DNA of 64,000 bases from Octopus vulgaris (Eukaryota). Shown here in pieces: positions 27,291-41,774 of the stretch (its first letter is position 1; every line of letters begins with the position of its first letter). Below the pieces are notes generated by a model that was not told where the DNA came from, did not search any database, and was given only the letters and a program-made list of their open reading frames with translations. The DNA lies in assembly GCA_951406725.2 (NCBI GenBank), contig OX597836.1, forward strand, positions 36,518,001-36,582,000, written 5' to 3'. A program made the position numbers and the translations under genes.

Positions 27291-27332
27291 CAAACACACA
27301 CACATACTTACACACATACTTATATACATACA

Positions 27333-27390
<58 letters not shown>

Positions 27391-27395
<5 letters not shown>

Positions 27396-27498
27396 GAAAT
27401 GAGGTACTCAGAAATGTGATTGGTTTTATATTTACAGATGTTTATTAGTATCTGTGAATATATAACCATCCAGATTTGTAAGTACCTCATTTCGTCTA
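27391..27498. repeat. Imperfect palindrome embedded in (TA)n
   Basis: gaaatgaggtact / agtacctcatttc and atatttacagat / atctgtgaatat. Confidence 0.8.
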
Positions 27499-27529
27499 AT
27501 ATATAATACCGGTACATCATTTTCAAACC

Positions 27530-27592
<63 letters not shown>

Positions 27593-27854
27593 GTATATGT
27601 CGAAAAATGAGAATGAGTTGTCAACAACTCATTGCTGGATAAAATATTCTTTATTTGTGTACTAAGACTACCATTCGTCTTATTGTAAATAAAGTATCTT
27701 CATTTCTTAATGATTTTCAGGCCGATCACATGGAGAAATATTAATATCGTGCTTCAATTCAAAATGGAGACGAACTCCATTCCTTCGTGTAATCGGGCAG
27801 AAAAATCGTTGAGAATTTAAGATAATTTTAACATGAAAACAATACACTAATTAA

Positions 27855-27908
<54 letters not shown>

Positions 27909-28329
27909 GTTTGTGTGTGTGTGTGTGTGTTCATGACGTAAACAGAATGAGAAATAATCATTTTTGGAACAATGATTCTGAAGAAAACAAAGGAAGAGAC
28001 AATAACGTATAAATATCGGGTTAAAAAGCGTATTGGTATAAAATTCGAAGGATGCCCTTGGGGCTCGTAAGCGTAAACAAGACACAGAACCAGTGCAGTC
28101 CTTGATGCTTATATATGTGCATGTGTGTGTTTGTGTATATGTGTGCACGCGCATGTGTGTGCTTGTGTGTGTGTGTGCTTATGTGTGTGAGCGTGCGTGC
28201 ACATGTGCGTGTATATATGTATGTGACCCCACTCTCTCTCTCTGTACGCAATACCCAGGCATAACAGAATTATATATACACCATATAGAACATAGTTCAT
28301 AGTTCTATGCTTCTTCTGACTCGTGAAGT

Positions 28330-29685
28330 TTTACAATTTTTATTAAGTGATATTTTTAGGTTTCACGTTCTATCTGTGACTGTTTAATCATGCCATGTAC
28401 AAAAGACGCATTGAGGCTGTCTGAATTTCAAAGAAAGCGTACTGATGTTCACACTGAAGTTGGACATGGTCAGTGTACAATCGTGGAAAACATTGGGATT
28501 CTGCTTTCTACAGTTAATACAGTGATTATGCAATTCCCCAGAGAGGGGAAGGAGTCCACATCACTTCGTGCAGGTCAACCAGGTCCCTCTGACAGGGACT
28601 TTCTTTTTGCTAAGAGAAGTAAGGAGAATAATCTTAGTTACAAGGCCTCTAACTTAGCAGAAAAAGTTGGTGCCAGTCTCAGAACATTTGTCAGGGATCC
28701 CTACAAATTTCGTTACTGTAGCAGAGCGACAAGAATAAATAACATAAAGCAGAGAAAATTTTGGACCAGTGAGAGGGTAGAGAGGCCGCTTGCATTTTGA
28801 GATACTGTCATAATCTCTGACAAGTCTAGATTTGCTGTATTTCCTGACAGTGGTCGAGTGTGGGTCTGGATACGCTTTGATCAATACAGGGACTTTCTTT
28901 TTGCTAAGAGAAGTGTGGAGAATAATCCTAGTTGCAAAGTCTTTGACATAGCAGGAAATGTTGGTGCCAGTCTCAGAACATCTGTCAGGGATCCCTACAA
29001 ACTTAGTAACTGTAGCAGAGCGGCAAGACTAAATAACATCAAGCAGAGAAAATGTTGGACCAGTGAGATGGTGGAGAAGTCACTAGAATCTTGAGATTCT
29101 ATCATAATCTCTGATGAGTCCAGATTTGCTGTATTTCCTGACAGTGGTCGAGTGTGGGTCTGGATACTCTTTGATCAAGAATTTGATGGGGGAAGGATTG
29201 AAGCCAACAAGGAAATACGGCAGTCACTCTGTGATGGTTTGAGGAACAATTTGGAACATTGGTGGATCAGAGGTGGTAGAGCTGGTGGAGTGTGTGGAAA
29301 ATATTGCAATTTTCTCCCGTGGTGAATATATTTAAAGAAGATTATTTATGGAAGAGGGGCTCCTTGTCACGCGTCTAAAATTACCCAAGGTTTTGTTGGA
29401 AGTGAATAATATTACAAATCTTCCATGGCCAAGCCAATCACCAGATATGAACACTCTTCAACACTTCTGGTGCATAATGGATATGACGCCTCATAAAACA
29501 AACCAGAAAGCATCATCAGAGCTAACTTTTCTGAGATCACTGCATGAAACTTGGCATGAAATTCCGCAAGAGAATATTCGTCATCTGGTCAGTAACACGA
29601 CTAATAGGATCCTTGCTTTGATGAATACTTTTTGCGTATATACTAAAATTTTACAACAATAGAGGGAGGAAAAGAATTATCCAGA

Positions 29686-29690
<5 letters not shown>
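28330..29690 (+). mobile_element. Decayed Tc1-like transposon with internal 294 bp tandem duplication
   Basis: LSEFQR..HTH, IISDESRF, LPWPSQSPDMNTLQHFW; 28592-28884 repeated at 28886-29178. Confidence 0.9.
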
Positions 29691-29740
<50 letters not shown>

Positions 29741-29746
<6 letters not shown>

Positions 29747-29961
29747 ATTAGAGACAAAACCACTATTAGGCAAATCATACAATGAAAAACTTAAGCCAAT
29801 ACATAAGATTATTTAATTTATATTATTTAAATATATAACAAAATTATTAAAAAAATATAATTAATATATCACTACGATCGTTTCATGGCTGTTAATTTCT
29901 TTAAATTTTCAAGTCACAGACATTCATCAGGTGGTTTAAATATTTATCTTGGCGAGGTTTA

Positions 29962-29965
<4 letters not shown>
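29741..29965 (-). mobile_element. Penelope-like terminal fragment in (TA)n
   Basis: Begins tattaaattagagacaaaaccactattagg as at 5373, 20561 and 53336; contains a hammerhead motif. Confidence 0.75.
29868..29937 (-). ncRNA. Type I hammerhead ribozyme motif
   Basis: accac-CTGATGA-atgtctgt..acagccat-GAAA-CGATCG-TA-gtgat; palindromic stem III ACGATCGT, triplet GUA. Confidence 0.78.
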
Positions 29966-30027
<62 letters not shown>

Positions 30028-30047
30028 ATATATGTTTGTATATACAT

Positions 30048-30081
<34 letters not shown>

Positions 30082-30082
<1 letters not shown>

Positions 30083-31087
30083 ATTGATTAATTAATAAAA
30101 ATGGAGAAAGACAACAAGAAAGACAACAACGCGATCAAGGAGGGAAAGAAAAGGTGTTTTACGTTTCTTCAGAAATAGGAGACTGAGGAATGTTCAAAAG
30201 AAAAGGTAGCCGGAGGGGACAAAAAAAAATGGCCAACAATCCACATGTAGTTATATTTTGGAATGAATGGAAGAAGGTGGAAGGAAGAATGTGCTTTCTG
30301 AAAGAGCAGTGTCTAAAGAAAGGTTGATAGTGTAAGCACACAATGTGTGTGTGTGTGGGTGTGTGCTTGTGTGATACAAGGTGTTTCTGTGTGTTTATAT
30401 ATTGTAGCGTGTGAGTGTGGCAATAACTGAGTGTGAGTGAGTGCGTGTGGTAGTAGTGGCATGTGTGTGGGTAGGACAGCATGTGTTGTGCGTGGGAGGT
30501 ATATGTGCGTTCATATGTGTGTGCGTGTAAGTGTACGTGTTTGTATGTGTATGCGTGTATGTACGTGTGTGTATGCATATGTGCACGTGTATATATAAAA
30601 ATAGAATAAAAACATAGAGAAAACCCTGAGAAAAAGCAGAAAAAAGACGCAAGATCAAAAATAAATATTCAAAATAATACAAAATAATGAAAAATGATAT
30701 AGTAATAAAGGTTACAGAATAAAAAATAAAAAGCTAAAAATTAGAGATTAATACAATGATAAATTAAGAGGAAATGGAAAAGGAGATAAGGTAATATATA
30801 AATACAATGGAAAAGGAGAAACGAAATATATAAATACAATGGAGAGAACGATAAAAACTCGATAAAAACAAGTTATAATTATAAAAGGTGAATGAATAAA
30901 AGATAGGAAAAAAGTTATTTTTTCAGGGAGGGTGTAGAGATAGTCATTCAGAGAAATCCGAAAGTACTTTGTGTTTCTAGAGTGAAAATATAATGCTGCT
31001 CCAGGTGGAGTCGACTGCTGGTTGATCCATGGTATAGGGCAAGGCCAAAGACGATGATGTTAGAGGTGGAGTAGTTGGCCGAGCAAA
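30082..31087 (-). mobile_element. Penelope-like element 3' part: GIY-YIG C-terminal remnant (30948-31087) plus tail
   Basis: CSANYSTSNIIVFGL..SRLHLEQHYIFTLETQSTFG fits the PLE endonuclease end (R..E..I..L.T..P.G.N); collapsed HHR CTGAAGAAACGTA at about 30159-30171; flanked by (TA)n. Confidence 0.7.
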
Positions 31088-31499
31088 TATATATATATAT
31101 AGTAAGTTAAACGGGCCGTCGGTTGGCTGAGTGGTTCACCGAACAAACTACTTTCGGACAAACCCAACCTCTCAATGAGTGATGATGATTAATTTGCTGT
31201 TAATATAAACAATTATTCACTTCCAAATCTCCGCTTTGCTTCTTTTCTTTTATATGAATATAAACTGTATGTTTTTCTATATATACCTATTAATTTAAGG
31301 AACTTAATTCCCCCAAACTACTAAGTTTTGGACCAGTATATCAGAAACACACATTCATTGCAATTCTAAAAGTACTTGCTGCCCAACACACTGGAAGACT
31401 AATATTCCATTTAATCTACCAAGACGAATTTGCACAATTGTTTCAAATTATGAAACATTTAATAAAGTTATCCAGGAATTGCGTTTTTACTAGTTAATA

Positions 31500-32152
31500 T
31501 TAGTTAATTTTTGTTTATTTTCAGATCATTAAAATGGAATGTCAAATTAAGAAAAACGAGCATTTTCAACACCTTCTTCACTTTGCCTTTAATCAAGGTT
31601 CGAATGCCTCAAAAGCTGCTCGCAGCATTTGTACTGTGTATGGAGAGGGTGCCATAGCTGAAAGAACCGCTTGTGATTGGTATTCGAAGATCAAAAATGG
31701 CTATTTTGAGCTCAACAACGTACCTCGCTCTGGCCGTCCAGTTGAGTTCGATGAACACCGATTAAAACAACGTTTGCAGAAAATTTTCGTCCAACCACAA
31801 GGGAACTGACAGAGAAAATGGAATTCTCCCACACTGCTATAGAGAAGCATTTTCACTCGATGGGAAAGGTTCAGAAGTATGGAGCATGGGTTCTGCATGC
31901 TTTAAGTGACAACAACAAAAATCAAGGAGCCACACTTTCCGGTGATTTGCTCGTCACCGCTCAACTCATGGACACAAGCAACGATTTCTTTACCGAATTG
32001 TTACTGGCGACGAAAAATGGTGCCTTTACATCAATATGAAGCAGCGGAAGGAATGGCTTAACCTCGTCAAACAAGCGACACCGCGCGTGAAACAAGATCG
32101 TCTGCGTAAAACGATGTTGTGCGTATGTTGGAACTGGGAAGAGATTATTCGA
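31500..32152 (+). mobile_element. Decayed mariner transposase, N-terminal half
   Basis: HTH ASKAARSICTVYGEGAI..W, RSGRP, WVLHAL, IVTGDEKW; frameshifts. Confidence 0.92.
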
Positions 32153-32512
32153 CTCTGATAATAGCCCGCTATTCGGATTGTCTGCACTTCAGGAAACACC
32201 CCAAATTCACACCCAAATTGACGCTATATATAGGTATATATATGTGTGTGTGTGCGTGTGTGTGTGCGTGTGTGTGTGTGGATGGAGAGAGAGATCTATG
32301 TAATTATAAATGTACATATGTATGTAGGTATTTAATAAATACATTTTGGGGAGTCTTGTGCTATATATTCGGTGACATATTTTCTTTAGCTCGCCCGTGA
32401 AAATTATATATTTTGTATATTCAAATAACAAAGCTACGCTAATGTGTCCGACAAGTACTTTGAATTTCATCTGCAACACAGAATATTGGAAGGTATGCGC
32501 TGATTACTCGCC

Positions 32513-32550
<38 letters not shown>

Positions 32551-32806
32551 CAACATACAAACTCACACACATACATGTGCAAATATTGTTTAGATGTAAT
32601 AATACAAGGAAACCATTGTTAGAATTCAATATTCATAAGCTTTAGACTAAAGCATACATTCGTTTGGCAAATGCAGCAGTTAATTAAGTACCGAACAGCG
32701 CATATGACTTATGTATGAGGCACAGATTGCTTTTCTATACTGATACTGCTTCTATCGTATACTACGAACACGCACACGCACGTACGTGTATATTCATATA
32801 CATAAA

Positions 32807-32851
<45 letters not shown>

Positions 32852-32891
32852 TAATATATGTATATACATACAAAAATACACACACACACGT

Positions 32892-32939
<48 letters not shown>

Positions 32940-33065
32940 CATATATATGTATAATATATATATATATATATAGTTAATCCAAACAAGAAAGCACAAAAAA
33001 AACACAACAACGCGAGGACGTGGAACAAATATAGTATTATTGGATGCTCAGGAAAGAAGGAAAGA

Positions 33066-33148
<83 letters not shown>

Positions 33149-33721
33149 ATGCAGCAACCTCAAACTGCCTCTCTTTCTGTTAAGAATAATTTTTTAATCT
33201 TTCAAATCAGCCTTGACGCAAAGAAATTAAGTTCAGACGAAATTGAAAATATATTTTCCTCTTCTGTGACCACAGAAGACTAAAATTTTGTCTGTGAGTT
33301 ATTATACCTTTGGGTTTTGGTTGCATTTATAATTTTTGTAGACAATACAATGAGAAATCGAATAAATTGCGTTCCTGGTTTCACAATTGCCTCCAGCATG
33401 ACACCTGACCATATGACAACAACGTGAACGAGGAAATCTCTGCTGGACAGAACAGTGGAATCGGTAATGTATAATTGACAGAAGAAAATTTCTGTTGATC
33501 AACGTCGTCGGGAATGTATAAATACATTTTACCTTTGTGACAGAAACAGTTGTGAAGACAAGCCTGCTACATTGAAACTGGATTAAGCTAAAACGAAAAC
33601 AAGAACAACAAACCACCTGCAAGTTCGCACTTGTTAATCACTGGTAAGTAAACATGAATTTCGCCACCGTATATGGCAATTACGAAGATTCAGCAAGATT
33701 ACAGAATGATTTTCATCATAT

Positions 33722-34128
33722 ACTCTTTTACTCCTTTACTCTTTTACTTGTTTCAGTCATTTGACTGCGGTCATGCTGGAGCACCGCCTTTAGTCGAGCA
33801 AATCGACCCCGGGACTTATTCTTTGTAAGCCCAGTACTTATTCTATCGGTCTCTTTTACCGAACTGCTAAGTGACGGGTACGTAAACACACCAGCATCGG
33901 TTGTCAAGCAATGCTAGGGGGACAAACGCAGACACACAAACACACATATATATATATATATATATACATATATACGACGGGCTTCTTTCAGTTTCCGTCT
34001 ACCAAACCCACTCACAAGGCATTGGTCGGCCCAGGGCTGTAGCAGAAACACTTGCCCAAGATGCCACGCAGTGGGACTGAACTCGGTACCATGTGGTTGG
34101 TTAGCAAGCTACTTACCACACAGCCACT
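33722..34128 (-). mobile_element. SINE family A, full length
   Basis: Homology to family A. Confidence 0.92.
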
Positions 34129-35698
34129 ATAGATATTTGAAACATATAGATGTTTCAAATACATAAGTAGTATTCTATTACATTACGGAACAAGGCTCTG
34201 CATTACTCAATACCTTCATCTAATACATAAAATGTTTATCTTCCTGGCCCCTATGTTCCTTGATATTTAGGTAATTTGAAAGTGAACAAAAGTTAAGATT
34301 CATCTTACGATAATCTACGTTATAATAACATTTTATTGAACAAAACGTTTCCGTAATGCAGAGACGTCTGTAAAAATATTATGTTATATTCCGCACAATA
34401 TTCTGTCGTTTGATATGAGTTTGTTGTAAATATAAAGTAATAAATTCTTTTGTTGGTTTTTAATAATATAATATATATTTTTAGTGTAAATTGATTTAAG
34501 CATGAACATATTCTTTCATATATTGAAAACATCGATTTCCAAGTCGATTATTACACTTTACATTTCTTACTTCAGTGATTTACAGTCTATCATATCATTA
34601 TTCGAAATACACGGTATAAAATATTTGCTATAAAATTCGAACATGATTTCGTCATAGAATATTGTATTTATGCAAGTTTAAAATACCACGCCAATAGATA
34701 TAAACGTTTTAGTTCATTCGCTTAGATGATGATTAAAATAATAGTTTTAGCGTAGTAAAATATCGATGATATTTCACGATATCAAGGAATTTATAACAAT
34801 ATATTGATTTTCACAAAGGGAAGTATTGCATTTAGTTGTTAGTAAGTTTCATCCGAGTTTGAAGTTATTTTTATTGGTTATTCAAAAAGCTTTATACTGA
34901 ATATTTGTCATGACAAATAGTATTTATTGTAAAATAATGCTCAGTTTACTGTTGTATATGAGTTTGAAAAATTCTTTTATATATGCTGTAGTCCCCTATA
35001 ACTACCCTGTATCGCGTATGTTGTTGTAGGAGTAAAATCATCTCGTAATGCTATTCAGATTTTTTTTCTCCATATTTAGTCTCTTGTGTATGAAAATATT
35101 AAACGAGCAAATATTAATATCATTTTAGTAACAGCACTTTATAATAAATGTTACTGAAGGCTTTTGTACTCTGAACGATGTTGAAATAGGAGCAGCCGAT
35201 TGGTGCCAATGTATACATAAAACATCAGAAGAGGGCTGTTTCAACTTTTCTGATTATGCTGCCGTTTGTATTACCACTTTACTGTGTTTGATAGTTGAAT
35301 GCAATGACTTTCGAAGTCACGCAATGTTTTCAAATTCATTGCAGTATCTCTAGCATTATGTTTCCATTTATAATCTTGGAAACACTTAAACAGGAAATAA
35401 AAATAATCTGATATGAAGCCAACACAGACTTGCACATTGGGATTCTGCCACCATGCATATAAACTTTATTTGCATTTATTATAAATATTATATAATCAAC
35501 TGCAAAGGCAAAAGAAAATAAAACCGAAGTTAGTCATATCTGATAATGTATGGGTGTATTTATTTGCGTGCTTATAATAATATAATCATTAATCAACTGC
35601 TGAAATACATGACTGAATTGAACTTTACATACATCATTATACAGTGATCAAAACGCCTGCTTCTGAGGTTATATTTTATGTGTATATGTGTATGTGTG

Positions 35699-35836
35699 TG
35701 TGTGTTAACCGTAGTTTGCTCTGATTTGAACTTTCTCTATTGTATCCATTATACTTATATAAATATATATATATATATAAGACTAATGGATGATATAGAG
35801 AAAGTTCAAATCAGAGCAAACTACGGTTAACACACA
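35699..35836. repeat. Near-perfect inverted repeat centred on (TA)n
   Basis: tgtgttaaccgtagtttgctctgatttgaactttctctat / atagagaaagttcaaatcagagcaaactacggttaacaca. Confidence 0.92.
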
Positions 35837-35837
35837 G

Positions 35838-35932
<95 letters not shown>

Positions 35933-36610
35933 AGTTTAATTAAGATAAAAATAAGAATTGACCAATTGTCCAAGCTGAAACATATATTGGCATATTCGAG
36001 ATATGAAAATATAAAAATATATGAATACTAAAAGTAGACATGGACATAAAAATATGTTAATTTATAAAAATAATAATATTATAATATATAGAAAAAAACG
36101 ATTTTTGTTTTTGAAGTTAAAATATGGTATACAGGAAAATAATAGGCATTATAAAGAACTATGGGTTACATGTTAGACGAAGATAAAGTATTCATATATT
36201 TTTCTATCTCTCATATATCATTATAAGATTCAGCGTGGACAATTGATACATTTATCTTAAATAAAACTGCAAATACATATATATATAGTTTGGCTAATTT
36301 GAATTTTTTTTCTATTGTATCCACTATACTTATTTAAAGCCTCAGGCTCCACTTGAACATTTCTATGGTGTCTAGGTTTCGAAAGAAATGCACCACGCTG
36401 CGTAAATGCACCACGCTGTTATGGGACTCTGAAGTCGAACAACTTTAATAAATATACATGGCGCCGAAAGGGGCGGAATGTAACTTGGAAATTGCCTTTT
36501 AAAACCAGATTTAGTCACAAAGCATTACTGATTTTATGCTGAGCATCTGTATATGGTATGTTGGATACGTTTGCTGTTCGCTTCATATGTACAGATGTGT
36601 TCTGATTATG

Positions 36611-36674
36611 TTGGCACTGATGAGTGTAAAGTGTATTATGTATGCTAACCATGAAATCATTAATGATTTGCGAG
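36611..36674 (+). ncRNA. Type I hammerhead ribozyme motif
   Basis: ttggca-CTGATGA-gtg..agtgtat/gtatgct..cat-GAAA-TCATTAATGA-TT-tgcgag; 12 nt palindrome ATCATTAATGAT as stem III. Confidence 0.72.
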
Positions 36675-37899
36675 TTAATCTGTTTTATAAGGTAGCTTCC
36701 AAGTTACATGCCCCACCTTTCAGTGTTGTGTATGATTATTAAAGTAGCGAGAGGAATTTGCGTGTAGTAACAGCCATTAATATAATGAATATATTTAAAA
36801 GGGAAAAATTATAAATTTAGTATCATTTTTTTCCTGAACTAGTTTTTGTAATCTAATTAATTATGTTCAACCATGAATCTGCCTGATTCTTATAGCATTG
36901 TACGAACTGATCGTCTGCATGAATGAAAATTCTCTTATGTAGTTTAAGATTTTCTCTTCTCCATTTTTAATAACATTGTTGAATTCTCTCCATACATTCA
37001 TATAACACACCATATACATAGTACTATTTTCATATTCGCAAACTTACAGCAGTAAGCTACTAGCAAAATGTGAAGGGTTTGTATTAGAAAAATTTCTTTG
37101 GAAACATCGAAATTAAAGGACGAATCTAATTCACTCTTTTTGCACATATATACACATATGTATAGATATATATGCATCAACATACATATACTTACGTAAA
37201 CAATTATGTATTTGTTTGTGTGCTTGGGATGTGTGTCTGTGTATCCATACAGGCAATATTCACTGATCGATGGATATTTTTTTCCCTGTTCTAACGATAA
37301 TCTAGGTTACTCCGTAAACCCATTAAACCTAAGTCAATATTAAGAATATTTTTCTTTCTTTATGTGTACGTGTCTTATATGTGTAGGTGTTTGTGATATG
37401 CGTTTGTGTGCATAGGTGTTTGTGTTTCTGTGTATAGACTAAGAATGTTTATGCAGAGTAAGCATTTAATGAAATCAATGTTTTTACAGTCAAATTAGTA
37501 TTGCGACTTAACTTGTGATGAAATTAATTAAATTAGGAGTATGTAATTTACATTTAAAATAAGTATATGCCAACCATTGTGCAGTTGCAAAAACATGTTT
37601 TCATCTTTCCAATAGAATGCTTTCCATTCCTTACATAATTATCTTAATAAAATGTATTTCTATAAATATTTGCATAAAGTTTATCTGAGTAATAAAAATA
37701 AAACAAATAAACGGCATAAGTTACGCCGATAAATTATTTTTGAATATTCTAATTTGTTTTCCACTTAATGGAATATAACGAAGTAAAACATGGGAGCTGG
37801 ATTCTTCAAATTAAAATATATTTGACACTTAACAGCTTGGTATTTGAATATAACTAAATGTGTATTAGAATACTGCTATAAATGTATTACCGTGGTCGC

Positions 37900-38396
37900 G
37901 GCACTCCGTCGGTTACGACTACGAGGGTTCCAGTTGATCCGATCATTAATGATTTCATGGTTAGTGTACATAATGCACTTTACACTCATCAGTGCCAACA
38001 TAATCACAACACATAAAATGAACATCTGTACATAGCAAGCGAACAGCAAACATATCCAGCATACCATATACAAACGCTCATCATGAAATCATTAATGATT
38101 TGCGACTAATTAACGTGCAAGTGGCTCAGAACTTCACAAACACGTGTACCTTTAATGTAGTTCTCGGCGAGATTCAGCGTGACACGGAGTGTGACAAAGC
38201 TGGCCATTTTGATATATAGGTACAACAAAAACAGGGAGAAAGTTGTGAGAAACTTGTGGTGAAAGATTACAGCAGGATTTGCCACCACCTCCTGCCGGAG
38301 CCTCGTGGAGCTTTAAGTATTTTCTTTAAATAAACATTCGAAACCGCGATCCCAAGACCGCGAGTCCGCTGCTCTAAACATTGGTCCACAGCACCT
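37900..38396 (-). mobile_element. SINE family B carrying a templated insertion (37942-38108)
   Basis: Flanks match 11612-11994; insert matches 36532-36679. Confidence 0.88.
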
Positions 38397-39163
38397 CATT
38401 GTATTGTCGTAGTACACCTTTGAACATGATATAGCAGCAAATTGCTGAGTAGGTAGAATTGTTTGCAAAATCGGACAAAGTGCTTAGAAGCAGATTCTCC
38501 AGCACTCTACGATCTAAGTTCAAATCAAGCAGAGGTCAACTTTTCCTCACATCTTTGGAAGAATGTATCAATAACGTACTGGTGTCGATGCAGTTGACTT
38601 GTTCTCTCCACCAACAAATTACTGGCCTTCAACCTCACAACGGGCCACCGTTTGTGGGGAAAATGTTGTGGCCTCGGTTAAATACCTGCATGGATTAAGA
38701 AAAAGACAGCATTTCAACATAACAACAGATATATTAATGCAATTATTATACTTACACCTGTATCAGGCTAGTCCTCGGGGGGATATTGTCGACCCGTCCC
38801 TTACGCTGAAACATCGCTGACCTTGAACGCTACAACGGACCGGCGTCTCGCTCAAAGTGGGTCTGGGGAATGTTGTAGCCTCAGTCTTACTGCCATGGAA
38901 TCCTATTTCAACAGAAAAATAAATTCATTATTAAATTTTTTATTCTTAAACCTGTATTTTTATAATGCTTCTAAGAGTATGAGCAAGGGTGTTGTTACAG
39001 CATACTTTATTGTTACCAGCCAAATAAAGATTGAACTCTGCCATAAGTTTGAGCCCCTCTCTCACTTTTAAATATAAAACCAACCAACCACTAAAGTACT
39101 TTCGTATATAATCATTTATACGAGTATTTCTATAAAGACATCAGTGATTCTTTATTTCATTAT

Positions 39164-39372
39164 ACTCTTTTACTCTTTTACTTGTTTCAGTCATGTGACT
39201 GTGGCCATGATGGTGCACCGCCTTTAGTCGAGCAAATCGACCCCAGGACTTATTCTTTGTAAGCCTAGTATTTATTCTATCGGTCTCTTTTGCCGAACCG
39301 CTAAGTTACGGGGACGTAAACACACCAGCATCGGTTGTAAAGCGATGTTGGGGGACAAACACAGACACACAC

Positions 39373-39434
<62 letters not shown>

Positions 39435-39579
39435 CGGGTTTCTTTCAGTTTCCGTCCACCAAATTCACTCACAAGGCTTTGGTAGAAGACACTTGCCCAA
39501 GGTGCCACGCAGTGGGTCTGAACCCGGAACCATGTGGTTCTTAAGTAAGCTACTTACGACACAGCCACTCCTACGCCTG
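39164..39579 (-). mobile_element. SINE family A
   Basis: Homology to family A, small internal deletion. Confidence 0.92.
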
Positions 39580-41244
39580 TTATGTAAATATTTTTTGCAG
39601 CTGGAAATATAAACAAGAATAATTTATGTGCTGTACATATGGACAATAGTCAAGCAATCCAATTAAAACTTACCGCATCATCAATCACATCTAACAACCA
39701 AGAACTTATAAAACAAAACAAGCCAGAATTAATATTCTTCTTGAGAGACAATGGAGAAAATGTTCATTATATTTAAAACACCCACTATATTGCGACATCG
39801 TTGTTGTTTTAGAAATTGAAATCAAAATAACTATGTGATTAATTAATAATATCTTGCAGCCTTTTTATTTAATATTGCCTCATATCCAAAGATGACTTTG
39901 CTATGAAATTATAAAGCAAAATTATATAAGCAGTAAGAGCAAAACAGCAATTTATTATAATTTGGTTTCTCTTGTCAATGCACAAAAAGGTAAAAAAAAA
40001 AGCAATCCAATCTCCATTAGCTGTATTGTTTCTCTTGCGAGACGTAACTGATTACATCCGATTAACATTGAGAATGTGTACCTTTCCACAACGGAAAGAA
40101 AAAGAAAATGTCGGAACGTTTTTATTGTATGTCATCAAGAATAGTTATTAGTGATGAATAGGTGCTGTAAATACAAGTTGTATCATGGTTACTTATCGGC
40201 TGCGTAATTACAAATTACCTGCAATGGTTTTGAATACTGATAGCATTCGCTGGTCAATTGTCTATTTTGCGTTTTATGATTTTAAATTGGTATTGTTAAG
40301 TGCATAAAGGTAAGCGCTAATGGTAAAAATTGTTTCTTGCGATTCTTCTTTGTTCGATGGAAAATGGGGTTGTAATTATTTTTTCCTACAAGTAAATACA
40401 AATGTGTGTGTATGTGTGTGTTTGTGTATGTTGTTGTAAGGTTTCGTATGCAGTTTTAGAAAGGACTATGATGCGAATTTCATTATTTGGCTAAAGAAAC
40501 TCATTATCAGAAATAGGAAACGGTTTTCCGTTTCAGCAAGCAAGGAATTAATTTTTTAAACATTTTTCTGCTGATAGTAATATATTTTCAAAACGGATTT
40601 ATATAGGTAATTATGTATTTTCATACATGTCGTAACTGGCTTATAAAAACGCATAACATGCTTACGTCGAATCACGTAATGAAGTGAGCTAAATGCAAAG
40701 ACGGTAAACCTACACACCGAATGCAAGTTTGTTAAAGTGTGTGTAGCTGCAACGATACGAACGTCTTGAGGAAAGTAATATCGGTGGAAAATTCTTGTTT
40801 ATAAGAAACAGCATTTTTTATTGTATAAATTAAGGTATAAGAGAAAGCGGTATAGCATTTACCCCTCACTTGCTTCAGTCATTAGGCTGTGGCTGTGCTG
40901 GGGCACCGTCTTGTGTACAATTCCTGAAAAAGGTAAGCTAGCCAATATGATAAAGGTATTACAGTTTTTCTTATTTGAAGTTACTTATTTTGGGCTAGTG
41001 AATTCTCCCAAACTGACAAAATGGTCGCGGTTAATGCTTCTCAAGGGTGATTCAAAGTTAATGAGAAGAATTCATGCGCACTAGATTTTGCGATGTACAC
41101 AATATGAGTGATGTGAGACGGTGTGACGTGTAATTCAGGAGCGGTTGTTTGAAACGGGCCATATTCAAAGGAAAGCGGTAGTAGATATAACATATGAGTA
41201 AGGGCACTTGCGACTCAGAGTTTGGAAAGCGCTGGCGAGTAAAT

Positions 41245-41540
41245 TAATTTGTTTGTTCCTTCTCGAGCCATGCCTTGCTCATAAGGGCCGGTTTCCCGGT
41301 TTCCTCGGCGTATAGGTTCCCCACCTAGACGGGAGCTGGGTCTGTCGCAGGAGGGCTGCAAGATGCAGAAGGAAAAAGTGAGAGAAAGTTGTGGCGAGAG
41401 ATTCAGCAGAAGTTCGCCGTTACCTTCTGCCGTAGCAGGTGTTTTGCTCATGAACACACACATCGCCCGGTCTGAGATTCGAATCCGCGATCCCTCGAAC
41501 GCGAGTCAACTGCTCTAACCACTAGACCATGTGCCTCCAC
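41245..41540 (-). mobile_element. tRNA-SINE family B variant, full length
   Basis: TSD GGCGAGTAAAT at 41234-41244 and 41541-41551; head matches 41-232. Confidence 0.92.
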
Positions 41541-41774
41541 GGCGAGTAAATGTCAGCTATTTGGGTGGCCCTGTTTTGATAGGGTTACACTGAAAATAAA
41601 TATAGCAGTAACAGAGATTTATATGCGAGAAAGGATTTTATTAGGGCTTTCACTTCACGCTTCTTGAAAAATTTTACTGAGGTATGAAATATAGACTGGA
41701 CTTGAGAAAGTCCATTTAGTGGGTAGATATTCGATAATGATATAACTGCTGTTTTAGCCACAAAGCAGCATATT

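Noticed and set aside
33302-33650. 106 aa Cys-rich ORF and nearby GTAAGT donor
   Set aside because: No recognisable domain; ORF and donor are on opposite strands; compatible with chance
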